A DNA stretch of 63,602 nucleotides, the filler included, from Chiloscyllium plagiosum (taxonomy: Eukaryota), in the NCBI RefSeq assembly GCF_004010195.1. It is 6 parts of 2 records of this genome, joined end to end, with 100 filler letters (N's around TTAATTAATTAA, not from the genome) between each part and the next. Parts side by side here need not be neighbours in the genome. Positions count along the whole stretch, not along the records: positions 36,701 to 49,465 come from NC_057716.1; positions 49,566 to 58,754 come from NC_057716.1; 4 more parts are not named here. The stretch is one strand, 5' to 3'. The notes under the pieces were generated by a model. It was given only the letters and a program-made list of their open reading frames with translations, searched no databases and was not told the DNA's origin. Position 1 is the stretch's first letter. Each line of letters begins with the position of its first letter. Positions 38,832-51,429 of the stretch are shown here, piece by piece. A program made the translations under genes and the position numbers.

Positions 38832-39450
38832 GTAAGTCACCAAATTTGTCTACTAAGCCGGGTTGAACTGAATTTCTGCTCATGATATATAGATTTTGGA
38901 AAATGCAAGTCAATGTCTTCAGTTCCAAACAAAAAATCGTTTCCTTATGAATTATTACTATTAAGCGACTATTTATAAATTATTCACAGAGACACAAGCA
39001 GGAACCAAACTGTTTTCAAACTCCATAATTCAGTTTTCCCTTCACAGATTTACATCTCCATGACCTCCACACTCACCAATCTTGTCCAGTACCACCACTA
39101 TGATATCCTAGTCTCATCCGCAGTCTCAGTGCAACTTCTGAATTAACCATGATGTGTGCCTTTGTTCAATCCTGATGCAAAAGTTTCGAGATCCTTCTCA
39201 TCACATATCCATCACTAAATAATTGCTCTTGAGGATGTTTAACTCGTTATCTGCACAGACGGGAAAACAGTTTATGATGGTCAAGGTATTGACTCATAAT
39301 CTCGAACCACAGAAGAATAGTGTTGATATCTCATGAAAGAAATTGGTGGAATTTAAAAGCATCCATTATCATTTGTTATAAAAGCTTGGCTCAAGTCCTT
39401 TAGAGAAGTCAACGTGTCATACTTCCCTAGTCAGTTTTCCGTGTAACTTC

Positions 39451-40146
39451 TGTGATGAACATGTGTGTGTACTGTACGTTTAAGAGAATTAAAAACCAGT
39501 ACGAAATACCTGACAGCACCAAGTGTTCTGAAGAATAGATATAATGTAACATTTGGTGGACAACTCAATTAGCTCATTGTCGCGAGCCAAAAACAAATTA
39601 AGCCAAACATTTTAAATTATACCCCAAAATACCCACCTCCAATCAAGTTTGATTTTAGTGTACTGACAATCTCAAATGCCAATGACAATCCAATGTTTTG
39701 GGGGTACAAGACCATGGAAATTGATCGGTTGAGAGAAGAACTGCCAAGCATGCACAGACTGCCTGAAAAATAGCTGTCTTAAAGGTACATTTATCGATTA
39801 GTAATTGGTGAAGCAGAATCCCCAAGAAGAAACGAAGACAGGAATATGAAGAAGAGCAAAAAGCTTCCTGGTTTTGAGATAAGAAGCTTTGTTTTGTAAA
39901 TCTTAATTAGGAATCTTATCGGACTAGTATTGTGGTGGGGATGGGGAGGTAAACGATAGGTTAGAGGAATAAGTTGTAAATAGTCGTTCGTTTATTATTC
40001 TCTGTTATACTTTAAGAAATAAAGTTGTTAATATTTTACTTAAAATAGTTTTGGATTCTAGAATTATCACAGATTACTGCATGGGATAAATCTTTTCTCT
40101 GTTGCTGGTTTTAATTAAGCAGAAGAATTGCTCCTGTGTTGTAACA
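39451..40146 (+). mobile_element. Solo LTR in GPCR intron 1
   Basis: TGTGA...TAACA termini and AATAAA near 40018; interrupts an older repeat. A related terminus occurs inverted, ending at 56689. Confidence 0.6.
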
Positions 40147-43100
40147 CCACAAACCCCCAGCAATGTATTTTACTTTTTAGTGTCATGTGGAACAGCTGAA
40201 CAAGCCACTCAGTTTAAGGTTAGCATAACATGCTTCCCTGACCAGGGCTGCATACATCCTGTGAGAGAAGAACAAAAGGAAAGATAGCTCCCTCCCTCTG
40301 CCTGTTTCCCGTATTCCTACAGCTCAGTTCTTTTCAAGTAGGTGATCATCCCCTCTTTTAGGTATATTCAATCTCACTGAAATTCTCTCCGAGAATGATG
40401 CACCATAGGCTGATGTACAGATGTAAGGGACCTATAAATTTCATATCAGTCGTCGTGCATAGAGAGTAATGTTTTATGGCACAGGAAAGAAACGGCGATG
40501 TCTAAGCGAGAGAAAAGGTTTACTGCGTTCATCCCTGAGAGTGTTGTTGAGGCAGTACTTGGGGTACTGTGGGTAGACATTCTCACAAGTCTCACGAGAC
40601 TAATCTCTGGGATGATGGCAACATGAGCAATAAATGAAGCTTAGTGAGTGTATAAGAGGTGAGTGAATTGAACATTAAGGGAGATGGGCAATCACTCATG
40701 ATGTTCTAAACAGACACTGTTACGGTGATAAATTCCATGGCTTTTCTTTTCATTCGGGTTACATGATTCTTGATAGTTTAAGAGCCACTTGGAGCGTTCC
40801 ACCCAACCACACTCACTCCCTATTTCGATTGAGACAGAGAGCGAAAGAGAGAGAGAGAGAGAGAGAGGTTCGAGATTTTGAATAAACTCTTCCAGCATTA
40901 ATACATTTGAACTGGTGCGTGATCCTGCAATGAACGTCATGCTATACATGATCCCCACAGCAGCCACAATAGTTACATTCCAAAAGAGTTAACATTTCCC
41001 AGCAGCTTCTGACCTCCATGAAGAACATGGGTGTGTCTTCTCGGAGATGGAAAATGCCTCCTTGAGACTTTACACGAAATATTTGGTTAACCTCCTCACT
41101 GCCAGCAAACCACATTAATGTAGCACACGTTCTACAAACAATTGAGCCATGATTAATATCATGGAGCCCTCTATCAGTGCAGTCTCGGTGTCATTGTTTT
41201 ATCATGTTGGAGTATCAATTACACCCGCCTGTTCCTGTATAACTATCACGTGTGGCTGAATAGCTTCCTCCTGGTCTCATGGAGCAGGTTGAAGGGTCTG
41301 ATTGGGCTCTGTTCTTGTTTAACAGCTCGATGTACTGACCAGACCCCTTCTCTTCCTGTGCAACAGGCAGGAGGATTAAATGGGATATCCCTCTTCTTGT
41401 TCAGTAGTTTCCACGCGTTGAATAGCTTCCACATATCAGTGTGTAACCCGCTTGAGATGCTGAATGAGCTCCTATTTCGACTGTGGAAATGTGTAGCGTC
41501 TGAGCTGTGCTTTTACATGAATGTTACCAACACTTTAATAGCACAAACCCGGAATGCTGTCCGGGTTTTGTTGCACATGGACACAAAATAGTTCACGAGC
41601 TAATGGTGGACAAAATGTTCTGAATGTTGTGTGATCTTCAGTCATTAACCCCACTTCAGATCTTATGATGGGGAAAGACATTGATGGAGTAGCTGAAGAT
41701 GTTTTTTGCTGAGGAAGCTAATCTGAGGATCTCCTGCGGGATATCGGGGGACTGAGATGTTTGTTGGCAATCGAGCACAAACATCTTTCTTTGTGCTCTG
41801 AAAGACCCCAAATAGTGGGAGGTTACACCTGATTTCTATTCAGCTCAATTAAGTAGGGGGTCCCGATGCCATCCTCAGACAAATACTGCCTTGATATCAA
41901 AGCCATTCACTTTTTCTTGAGCCCCAGTGCTCACCTCCTATTCGAAAAAATAAGTGATGGTGTCTGTGCAGGGTGTCTCACAGAGGGTAATCACTGTCAG
42001 GAATTATCTGGGATCGAGAGTTATGGGAGTTAACTCACTGAAAGTATTTAAAGAGAAGGTCGATGCATTTTTGACCTGTCAGAGAGCTAAGGGGCACAGA
42101 ATTAGGTATTAAAGTGGAGTTAATGTCAACAGTTGATCAGCCATGATGGTATACAATGGCTTGATATATCCGAATTATCTGATCCTCTTCCTTATGTCCT
42201 CATATTCAGTCATTACGAAGTTAATGATTGTAATTTTCCTGAACGTTCCTTTATTGAACATTGCAATCAGAGAGAGCAAAGCATTTTGTAACTTATCTGT
42301 GGGTGAGGTATGGGGGGTTGTATTCACCGGGAATCTGGATCAACACCATGATCAACAAATGAAGCACAAGTTGCAGAGAGGACACACTCTGCAAAGAGAC
42401 CAGAGGTGTCTTTCGAACCTGGCCTCATTTTCCCAAAAATATTTTCCAACCCACATCAAACCTTGTCTGACAGTCTGGAAGGAATGAATAATATCCCGTG
42501 TAACTGTGGACCAAGTATTTGGAGCAAGTGGAATCCATCTGCTCCTTTCAAGAGCTGTGAGGGGCTGAATAGAACATACGAACATAGGACCAAGCAACAA
42601 GATTGGGACATTAGACACTTTGTCACTGTTCCACCATGCACCAGGATCATGGGTGATGTGTTTGTGGTCTCAGCAGCACTTTTCTGTGTGTATATCATTT
42701 TCCTACATTCACTTGTCTATCAAATGTCACCAAAAACAATTTTGAATAAATGCAAACATCCAGGCGCCACAAACATCTGTGGAAGGGAATTTCCACTTGA
42801 GCACCTCTTTGAGAATTTCTCATTTGTATTACAACCAATATTGGAGGGCCACTGTTTCTTTTCCCAGTCCCACTCCTTCACTGGTTACACCAATCTTAAA
42901 TAGTTTAGTGTTGCGGCCAATGATATCGGTCTCAGAGTAGGTCATTTTCCAGAAAAATGGGAGACATAAAATTTGAACTCATAACAAATGGTAAAATGAT
43001 AGAGTGTCCTTGTTGAAGTTATTATGCTCACACAAGCTACTAGTGGTGGGATTTGTTTCTGGAATAGTTGGATTTGGCTGAATTCCCTTTGTTTCAGGCA

Positions 43101-45124
43101 GTGGAGATACTTCAATGAATCCTCACCAGGAACTCTTCACAAGTGGTAAAGATAACTCAGGGATTTTATGAACTGACACTTTGCTATTGGGCGGAACAAA
43201 GTAAGAGAGAGGGATCAATTTGCTGCTGCTTCTCAGGCAGGTAACGTTTTTTCTCGCTCTCTGTGTTGAAGCATACAATCATGTCAACTGAACACCAAAC
43301 TGGACGATGTGTGCTCTCCTGGAACATTCTCTGGAAAACTTGATTATAGATTATATGCAAGTGTGTCATTCCTTTCAATGGCAAAAATGTCCCCACTTTA
43401 TAATTTGATGACATATTTACATATGTCTGTGCAATTTGAAAATATTGGTCGGTGTCTTCATAGTATGTGTGTTCATATCAAGACATCTTTTTCTTAAAAT
43501 TTATTATCTAGTTTTAGTCTCCCTGACAAGAGATAATATGCATCCAGTGGATACACTTTTCAGAAAGTCATGGATGGTTCAATGCTATTCCTCAGCTAAG
43601 ATTGAAACTGATAATACCACATAACAATAGGCCGGCATTCCAGGAATGAGTAAAGGGAAAACTCTTTGAAAATCTTCGAAAAGAATTTTAGTTTAGAGTA
43701 TCAAAACTACATACAGTGCATCAGGTGTGGGCTCAGCAATGTCCTGTACAGTTGCAGTAAAACATTCCTGCGATTAAACCCAATACTCTTTTGTTAAGAA
43801 CAGCATCATTCCACTTAAATTCCAAATCACTTGCTGCATCTGCAGACTGATTTCATATGCTTCATGTCCCAAGAATATGGAAACCGCCTGTATCACAGGG
43901 TTCCGCAATCTCTCTCCATTTAAATTGATCACCATTGATTGATCCTTCATGCCAAAATAGACAACCTACCTTATGTTATTTCTGCTGAAGGTTTTCCTCA
44001 CTAACCTTTCCTGTCTGTATCACATTGCAGACTCACTACTCCATTGGATGACACATTAAATGACTATCTTGGTGTACGAGCTAATTGAGCTTCAAGCCAT
44101 TCCCTCGCCTTCCTTCAGATCTTTGAAACACATTATTGGTCACTGATGACCCCACAGTAATCTCTGAGACACTCTATCAGTTACAGCTTTGCTGCCTGGA
44201 AATAAATATTTGTCTCTACTCTCTATTTCCGGTTAGTGACAGCTTCCCTCTTCCTGTGTAGCCGTTCAGGCAGGTTGAATGGCCTCCTCCTGGGCTATGT
44301 AATGCACTCAATAAGCTGAATTACTTCATTTTATTTTCCTGTGCAATTCCTTACATGGGTAGAATTGTCTCCTCCTGTCTCATTGTAATGATTCTGTCTG
44401 ATTTAGGTGGTCCCCTACCATATAACCGCCTCGAGGGGTGGATTGAGGGAATAGCACACGGGGTAGAGGCAGCAGCATATATCTGTAACAGCATCGAGGG
44501 GTGGATTGAGGGAACAACACATGGCGGACAGGCAGCAGTTGGCCATTCGGCTGCACCATTCAGAATGGTCATGGCAGATCCGAGTTTTTCTGACCATCCA
44601 TTTCCTGTCTGTTCCGAATAAACATTGACTCTCCTGTCCAGCAAAGATCAGTCACGCTCAGCCTTGAATATCTTCAAAAACCGATTGTTCACTGCTCCCT
44701 GAGGATGAAGACACCACAGGGACACAACGCTAAAGAGAAAGGGACGTCCTCATTTCATTGTGGAACCTGTTGTTTTTTAAACTGTGTTAACTGGGCATCA
44801 AATCACCACATATTTTCAGACATAAGAACAGAATAATTAGGAATAAACATAGTCCATTCCAGACTCAAAATCTGTCCCACATTGCCACTGACCCTTTCCA
44901 ATCAAATATGTATAAAACACAGCCTCTGCTGCTGTCTCAGGAAGAGAATACCTGATAGCATAACAGCACATGAGCATGAATAAAGAAGCAGAATGAGGCT
45001 ATTCGGCCCATCGATTCTGATATTCCATTCAATAATTTCTTCTATGTTCCTCAACCTCATTCTGCTGCCTCCCCCGAGAATAATTGACCCCCTTATACTC
45101 ATCTATTTGTATTTTAATGACACT

Positions 45125-45365
45125 AGTGTTTGTGTCTGTGTGCAAGTATGTGTGTGTTCATCTGCTTGTCATCTGTGTATTTGTGTGTCTACGTCTGTCC
45201 TTCTGTGTATCAGCCTGTGTATTTCTCTCTGTGTTTGTGTCTATTTGTGTGTGACTGTATATGTATGTGTGTGTTTCTACGTGTGTGTATGCCTATCCCC
45301 TTGTATGTATTGTGTTTGTTCGCATATTGGGGTGTTTACCAATAATTCTGTGTATTTCTGTGTCT
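45125..45365. repeat. Degenerate (TG)n low-complexity tract
   Basis: Direct reading. Confidence 0.9.
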
Positions 45366-46277
45366 GCATCTCGGTTCAGTGAGGTAACTGTGTTTTTTGG
45401 GGGGGAGTGAAAGGACTGTCGGTGGAACTGCCAGTGGGTTTAAAGTAAGAATTGCTTTTCACTGAGCAGTCCTCTTTAATCTGTCAGTGGGACCTGGATG
45501 TTTCAGAAACTCCACGCGAGGCATCACAGTCCTCTCCATCTCGTACAAGGGTCCTCCCCACATGGCAGGGGGTAGGCGGGTGAGAGAATGGACATTGGGC
45601 GCACCACGACCCGGCTTGGCCCTTTCTGTCCTATTCCAGGCTGTTTCTCTTGGAATGGGAGAAAGGGAGGGAGGGAATGAGGGCAGAAGTGGATGCCCCT
45701 GCTGTTATTGCTGGTGGAGGTGGGGATGGGGGGAATCGTGATGTGTCTTGAATGAGTCAGTCGACAGTTTTGAATCCNNNNNNNNNNNNNNNNNNNNNNN
45801 NNNNNNNNNNNNNNNNNNNNNNNNNNNNNNNNNNNNNNNNNNNNNNNNNNNNNNNNNNNNNNNNNNNNNNNNNNNNNNNNNNNNNNNNNNNNNNNNNNNN
45901 NNNNNNNNNNNNNNNNNNNNNNNNNNNNNNNNNNNNNNNNNNNNNNNNNNNNNNNNNNNNNNNNNNNNNNNNNNNNNNNNNNNNNNNNNNNNNNNNNNNN
46001 NNNNNNNNNNNNNNNNNNNNNNNNNNNNNNNNNNNNNNNNNNNNNNNNNNNNNNNNNNNNNNNNNNNNNNNNNNNNNNNNNNNNNNNNNNNNNNNNNNNN
46101 NNNNNNNNNNNNNNNNNNNNNNNNNNNNNNNNNNNNNNNNNNNNNNNNNNNNNNNNNNNNNNNNNNNNNNNNNNNNNNNNNNNNNNNNNNNNNNNNNNNN
46201 NNNNNNNNNNNNNNNNNNNNNNNNNNNNNNNNNNNNNNNNNNNNNNNNNNNNNNNNNNNNNNNNNNNNNNNNNNNNN

Positions 46278-48540
46278 GTGTACAGCTGAAAGATAATCTC
46301 CCTGCTCTGAAACTCAATCACTTTAGCAATGAAGGATAACATTCCATTTGCCTTCCCGATTGATTTGTTGTACCTGCAGACCAACCTTCTGTGATTCATG
46401 AACAAGGACACCCACGTCCTCTACAGAACAGCATGCCGCAACTTTTTTATCAAAACAAGAGAAAAACCTTTTTTTTACGTTTACTAACACCAAAACATAT
46501 GCCTTCCCATTTACTAACATTGTATTCCATCTGCCAGAACTTTTCCCACTCACTCAATATATCCATATTCCTCTACAAAGTTTCACAGACCTCTGCACAC
46601 TTTGCTCTGCCATTCATCTTACTATCATCTGTAAACGTTGACATGCTACACGTGGTCCCCAACTCCAAATCATCAAAATAAATTGTAAATAATTGCAGTC
46701 CCAACACCAATCCCTGAGCACATCACAAGTCACTGATTGTCATCCGGAATAGCACTCATTTATCCCCACTCTTTGACTATTGTTAGACAATTCAACCAAT
46801 CCTCGATCCGTGATAATATTCTACCCCGGACACCATGCATCCTTACATTTTTCATCAGCCTCTTATGCGGCACCTTGTTGAAGGCTTTTTTTTTGGAAAT
46901 CAAGGTACACCACATCCACTGGGTCCCCCATGCTCATAATGTCTTCATGGAATACGAAAAGATTTGTAATAGCATTTCCTGCCCTACATGAGCCCATGCT
47001 GCATCTGTCCAATTCCTGTCATGATGCCTTCCTTGATAAAAGACTCAAGCATTTTCCCCACTACAGACGTTAGCTAACTTATTCATAACTCCCCATCTTT
47101 TGTGTGCCTTCCTTTACAAACAGTGGCGCCACATTTACTGTTTTACAATCTGCTGGAACTGCCCAATAGTCCAGCAAATTTGGAAAATTACCGCCAGTGC
47201 ACCAGTTTTATCCCCCGCTTTTCCCACCCTGGGATGCATTCCAGTAGGGCCAGGAGACTTGTCGATCCTTAGCTCCATGAGCTTGCCCGACACTAACGTT
47301 TCTGTAATAATGTTTGTTTCCATGTCCTCACCTACCTTCGTCTCTTTGCCAATCACTAGCATGTTATTACCGCACTCCACTGTGTAGACTGATACAAAAT
47401 ACATCTTCAATGCCTCGGCCATTTCATCACATCCCATAACTAAATGCCCCTTCTCATCCTCTAAAGGACCAACATCTACCTTAGCCACTCTTTTTAATTT
47501 AAAATTCTAATAGAAACTTCTGCTATCTATCTTTTAATTCTGTGCTACTGCTTTTCTCTCCTGTTCTTTCTTGTGGTTCTTTATATCTATTTGTGGCTTT
47601 CTTTTGACCTTTAAAGCTTTCTCAATCTTCCAGTTTCATGCTGTTTTTAACCACTTTGTATGCCTCATCTTTCAATGTGATCGCCTGCTGGATTTCCTGC
47701 GACACCCAGGGCAAATTACACCCTTTCTTACAGTCCTTTCTTTTTACTGGAACATACTTTTGCTGAGCCCGTTGAAACATTTTTTTGAAAGTCCTCCACT
47801 GCTCACCAGTTGTACCCGTTTGATTCCCGTTGACTTTAGCCATTTCATCTTCATTCATTGTGGTCCCCGCTGTACATGCACAGGAGCCTGGCATTGGATT
47901 TTAACTTCACACTCTCCATCTATATTGGAAATCCAACCATACTGGGATCACCCCTTCCAAGGGGATCCCTGACGATGAGCTCATTCATTATTCCTGCCTC
48001 ATTACACAAGGCCAGATCGAGGAGAGCTTAGTCCCTCGTTGCTTCTGTTACGCACTGTATAAGGAACCTATTGCGGATGCACTCAACGAATTCCTCCTCA
48101 AGGCTACTCTGACCGAGCTGGGCCGACCAATCTAGATGGTAGATTGAAACCCGCATGAAAAGAGCCGGCCCATTTTGACCGCCTGTAGTTATTTCTTTGT
48201 TTATGGCTCACCCCCGGGTGGTGTTATTATTTGGTGGCCGAGAGATTAAGCCTAGCAGAATTTTTTTTCTTCGAATTTCTAATTTACACCCAAATGGATT
48301 CATACTCATTCTTCCTAGTACCCATAACACTTCGCAAAATCGCCCTAATATCAGAGCGACGCCACCTTCTATACACTCCTGTCCTGTCCTTCCGAGATAT
48401 TTCCCTCCCAGTTGTGACCATCCTGTAACCATATCTGTGTAATGGTTCCTAAATCGTATTCATTTGTGATGATTTGTGCCAGTAACTCTCTAACCTTTTT
48501 CCGAATCTGCCAGCATTTTGGTAAAGCGTCTTCATGATGG
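46278..48540 (-). mobile_element. CR1 ORF2 (endonuclease to RT), decayed
   Basis: VGPLEDEKG...DKSPGPTGMHPRV and LGLISRPPN remnants. Confidence 0.85.
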
Positions 48541-48629
48541 CTTTGTTGCCCTCATAATTTTCAACGTCTCAAATAATATTTCCTGGTTTTACCTTCATTT
48601 TTGCTTCTTGTTTCTCCTCACCTGTCTAT

Positions 48630-49060
48630 TGACATCCTCCCTCCTCAGTATCCAAGGGCCAAAACACACCTTCCAGAAGCAGTAACACTTTCCCTGCCCT
48701 TCGCACAATCCCGTCGAATACATTCACTGCTTGGTCGATGGTCTCCACTATCTTGGGAAACGAAGTGTGGACTGGGGGACCACTTTGCAGAACATCCAAA
48801 TCCTGTCTTCAAGAAGACCTGGAACTTCCACTCCCCTGCCCCTTGAACAGCCCACCCTGTTCCTTGGCCAAAACTTCTGTCTCAGGCTTACTGCAGTGCT
48901 CCAGTGAAGCTCAGCACATTGCTTAAGGAAGAACACTTCATTTTCCGTGCGGGGATTCCGCTGCCCTCCGGACTCCATATCCATTTCCATATTTTTGGGG
49001 CCTGAACTCCTCCATCTCTTAGTTCCGTCCTGCACCCACAGGTCTTGTTATCACATAGTC
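48630..49060 (+). mobile_element. Penelope GIY-YIG fragment
   Basis: ETKCGLGDHFAEH... and EEHFIFRAG remnants. Confidence 0.65.
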
Positions 49061-49079
49061 AACCATTTCATATACCTAT

Positions 49080-49460
49080 GGGGGGTGGCGAGGAGAGGTG
49101 GGGAAGGAAGGGGGAAGGAGACGGGTGAAAGGACGGGGGAAGGGGTAAGTGTGGGGAGGGAGGAGGGAGGAGTGAAGAGGGGGCATGAGATGGGGAAGCA
49201 GAGGGGTGGAGAAAGAGAAGGAATGAAGGAGTGGGCGAAGGGGAAGTGGAGGGGGATGTGGGATGGGGGAATAGAGGGCAGGGAAGTAGAGAGTGGGAAG
49301 GAGATGGGGGAAAGGTGAGGGCCCGGAACGATAGGCAATGAGGGGTGGAATGAGAGGCGGGCGAAGGAAGATGGTAGGAGAGGGGTAAGGGGAAGGAAGG
49401 TGGGAAGGCGAGCGGTGATGGAGAGGGGGAAGGAGAGGGATGGAAAGGAGGGAGCGGGAA
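49080..49460. repeat. G/A-rich low-complexity tract
   Basis: Direct reading. Confidence 0.9.
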
Positions 49461-50769
49461 TATAANNNNNNNNNNNNNNNNNNNNNNNNNNNNNNNNNNN
49501 NNNNNNNNNTTAATTAATTAANNNNNNNNNNNNNNNNNNNNNNNNNNNNNNNNNNNNNNNNNNNNTGCAGTGCCCACACCTTGTCCAGAGTGGGAACACT
49601 AGACACTCGAATTTCCCTGAATGATCGCAGCAGGTGACACCACAAATCCAAGAATATCATCCACAGAACCTCCACTGACTTTCCACGATAGGAACAAGTC
49701 AAAACGCTGTAGACAGGCACATCCACTCAATGTTAAAAATGCTTTTCGCTTCAGTTTCTATTCTGGGCTGAAAATCCATAGGATTTCTGCATAGTCGCTG
49801 TCACCTGAAATATTAACAGTTTTGTTCTCCATGGAAGTATTTGACAATGTAACTGCGCAATTTTCTTTATCTGTCATGATAATAGCAACACTGCTATTTC
49901 TGATGGAATTGTTGGGGAGGTGATGGTCTCGTGTTATTTTCTCCACACAATAAATCCAGGGACCCAGGTACCTTCAATCTCCCTATAGCGGATGGTAGAA
50001 TTTGAATTCAATACATTATTTGGATGTAACAATCTAATGAAAGATAGATGATTGTTAAAACTAAAAACCCCTGGCTCACTAGTTTCCCTCAGGGAAGGAA
50101 ACTTGCTATCGTCACTGGTTTGACCTTCATGTTACTCCAGACCCTCAGCAAAGGTAGATTCTCAAATACCCTTTGAAGTGGCCAAGTCAACCATTCACTA
50201 CAAGATCTCAAAGAAGTGAAACCAGATAGACCTGAGAACTGGCAGCCGACAGCACATCGAAGTACAGTGGTTCAGAAAGGCAGTTCCCCAACAGCTTATC
50301 AAGAGCAAATAGGAAAGAGAAATAAACTCTGGCCCTGCGAACATCAAACATGTCCCATTCATAAAGGAAAGAAGATGGCCACGCTGAGGAAAGAGATCGA
50401 GGGGACAGAACTCACTTCAAACAGGGACGTGCATGTGTGCCCACACATGCATGAACTCAGGAATATGGGAGGATTTGAAAAATAAATTAAAATAATGTCA
50501 CATTTTATTTCCATCCCAGCTGACCATCAATAATCCCTTTGTTTATGTATTCTATCTCTTTATTTCCCCGTATATTTATCTCACCTCACCAACACACATT
50601 ACATTAATTCCCAGCTGCTTTCGGATCTGATACATGGTCAATGGACTCAAAATGTTAACTTTGTTTTTCTCTCGACACAGGCTGCCAAACCTGATCCATT
50701 TCCCCTGCACTCTTTCTTTTTGGTTCAGGCTTCAGTGTCTTCCATTGTTTGATATAACCTATTTTTCCT

Positions 50770-51085
50770 TACTTTATGGGACAGAGGCCCTTCGAATCCA
50801 CACTGACAATCTGAAAAGAATTGCTCCCAGACCCACCTCATGCCCTACTCCTGCATTTCTCATGGCTAGCCCGACTACTAATCTACCCCTGCATCTCACA
50901 TAACTATTACACCTAGCTGCACATGATTGGTGGGACTGTGGGAGGAACCTAGAGTACGTGGAGGAAACACTTGCAGACCCGGGGACAATGTGAAAATTCA
51001 ATACAAAAAGTCCTGAGGGCAGAAGCAAACTGGGTCCCTACTACTATGAGACAGCCGTGCTAACCACTGAAACACCATGCCCCCT
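50770..51085 (-). mobile_element. HE1-type SINE
   Basis: GACTGTGGGAGGAACCTAGAGTAC..GGAGGAAACAC..GCAGAC is the reverse complement of the V-domain core; tRNA head at the right end. Confidence 0.8.
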
Positions 51086-51410
51086 CCCGCTCCCCCCAAA
51101 CGAGGTCCCTGGTACTGTGAGACAGCTGTGCTAACTAATGAGACAGCCGTGCTAACCACTGAAACACCATGCCCCCTCCCGCTCCCCCAAACGGGGTCCC
51201 TGGTACTGTGAGACAGCTGTGCTAACTACTGAGACAACATGCCCCCCACCCCCAATCCCCAAACCGTATCCCTGGTACTCTGAGACAGCCGTGCTAACCA
51301 CTGAGACACCATACCCCCTCCTCCTCCCCATAAACAGGGTCCATGGTACTGTGAGACAGCCGTGCCAACCACTGAGACACCATGCCCCCCTCCCCACCCC
51401 CGCCCCCAAA
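51027..51410 (-). repeat. Tandem array (about 5 x 70-90 bp) of the SINE tRNA-like head
   Basis: Repeated GGTCCCTGGTACTGTGAGACAGCCGTGCTAACCACTGAGACACCATGCCCCC. Confidence 0.9.
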
Positions 51411-51429
51411 ACGGAGTCACTGTGCCTAG

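Noticed and set aside
44993..45382. Cys/Val-rich hydrophobic ORF
   Set aside because: Translation of a degenerate TG repeat.
51027..51410. CRISPR-like array or tRNA gene cluster
   Set aside because: Units are truncated SINE heads separated by C-runs; no full cloverleaf and no unique spacers.
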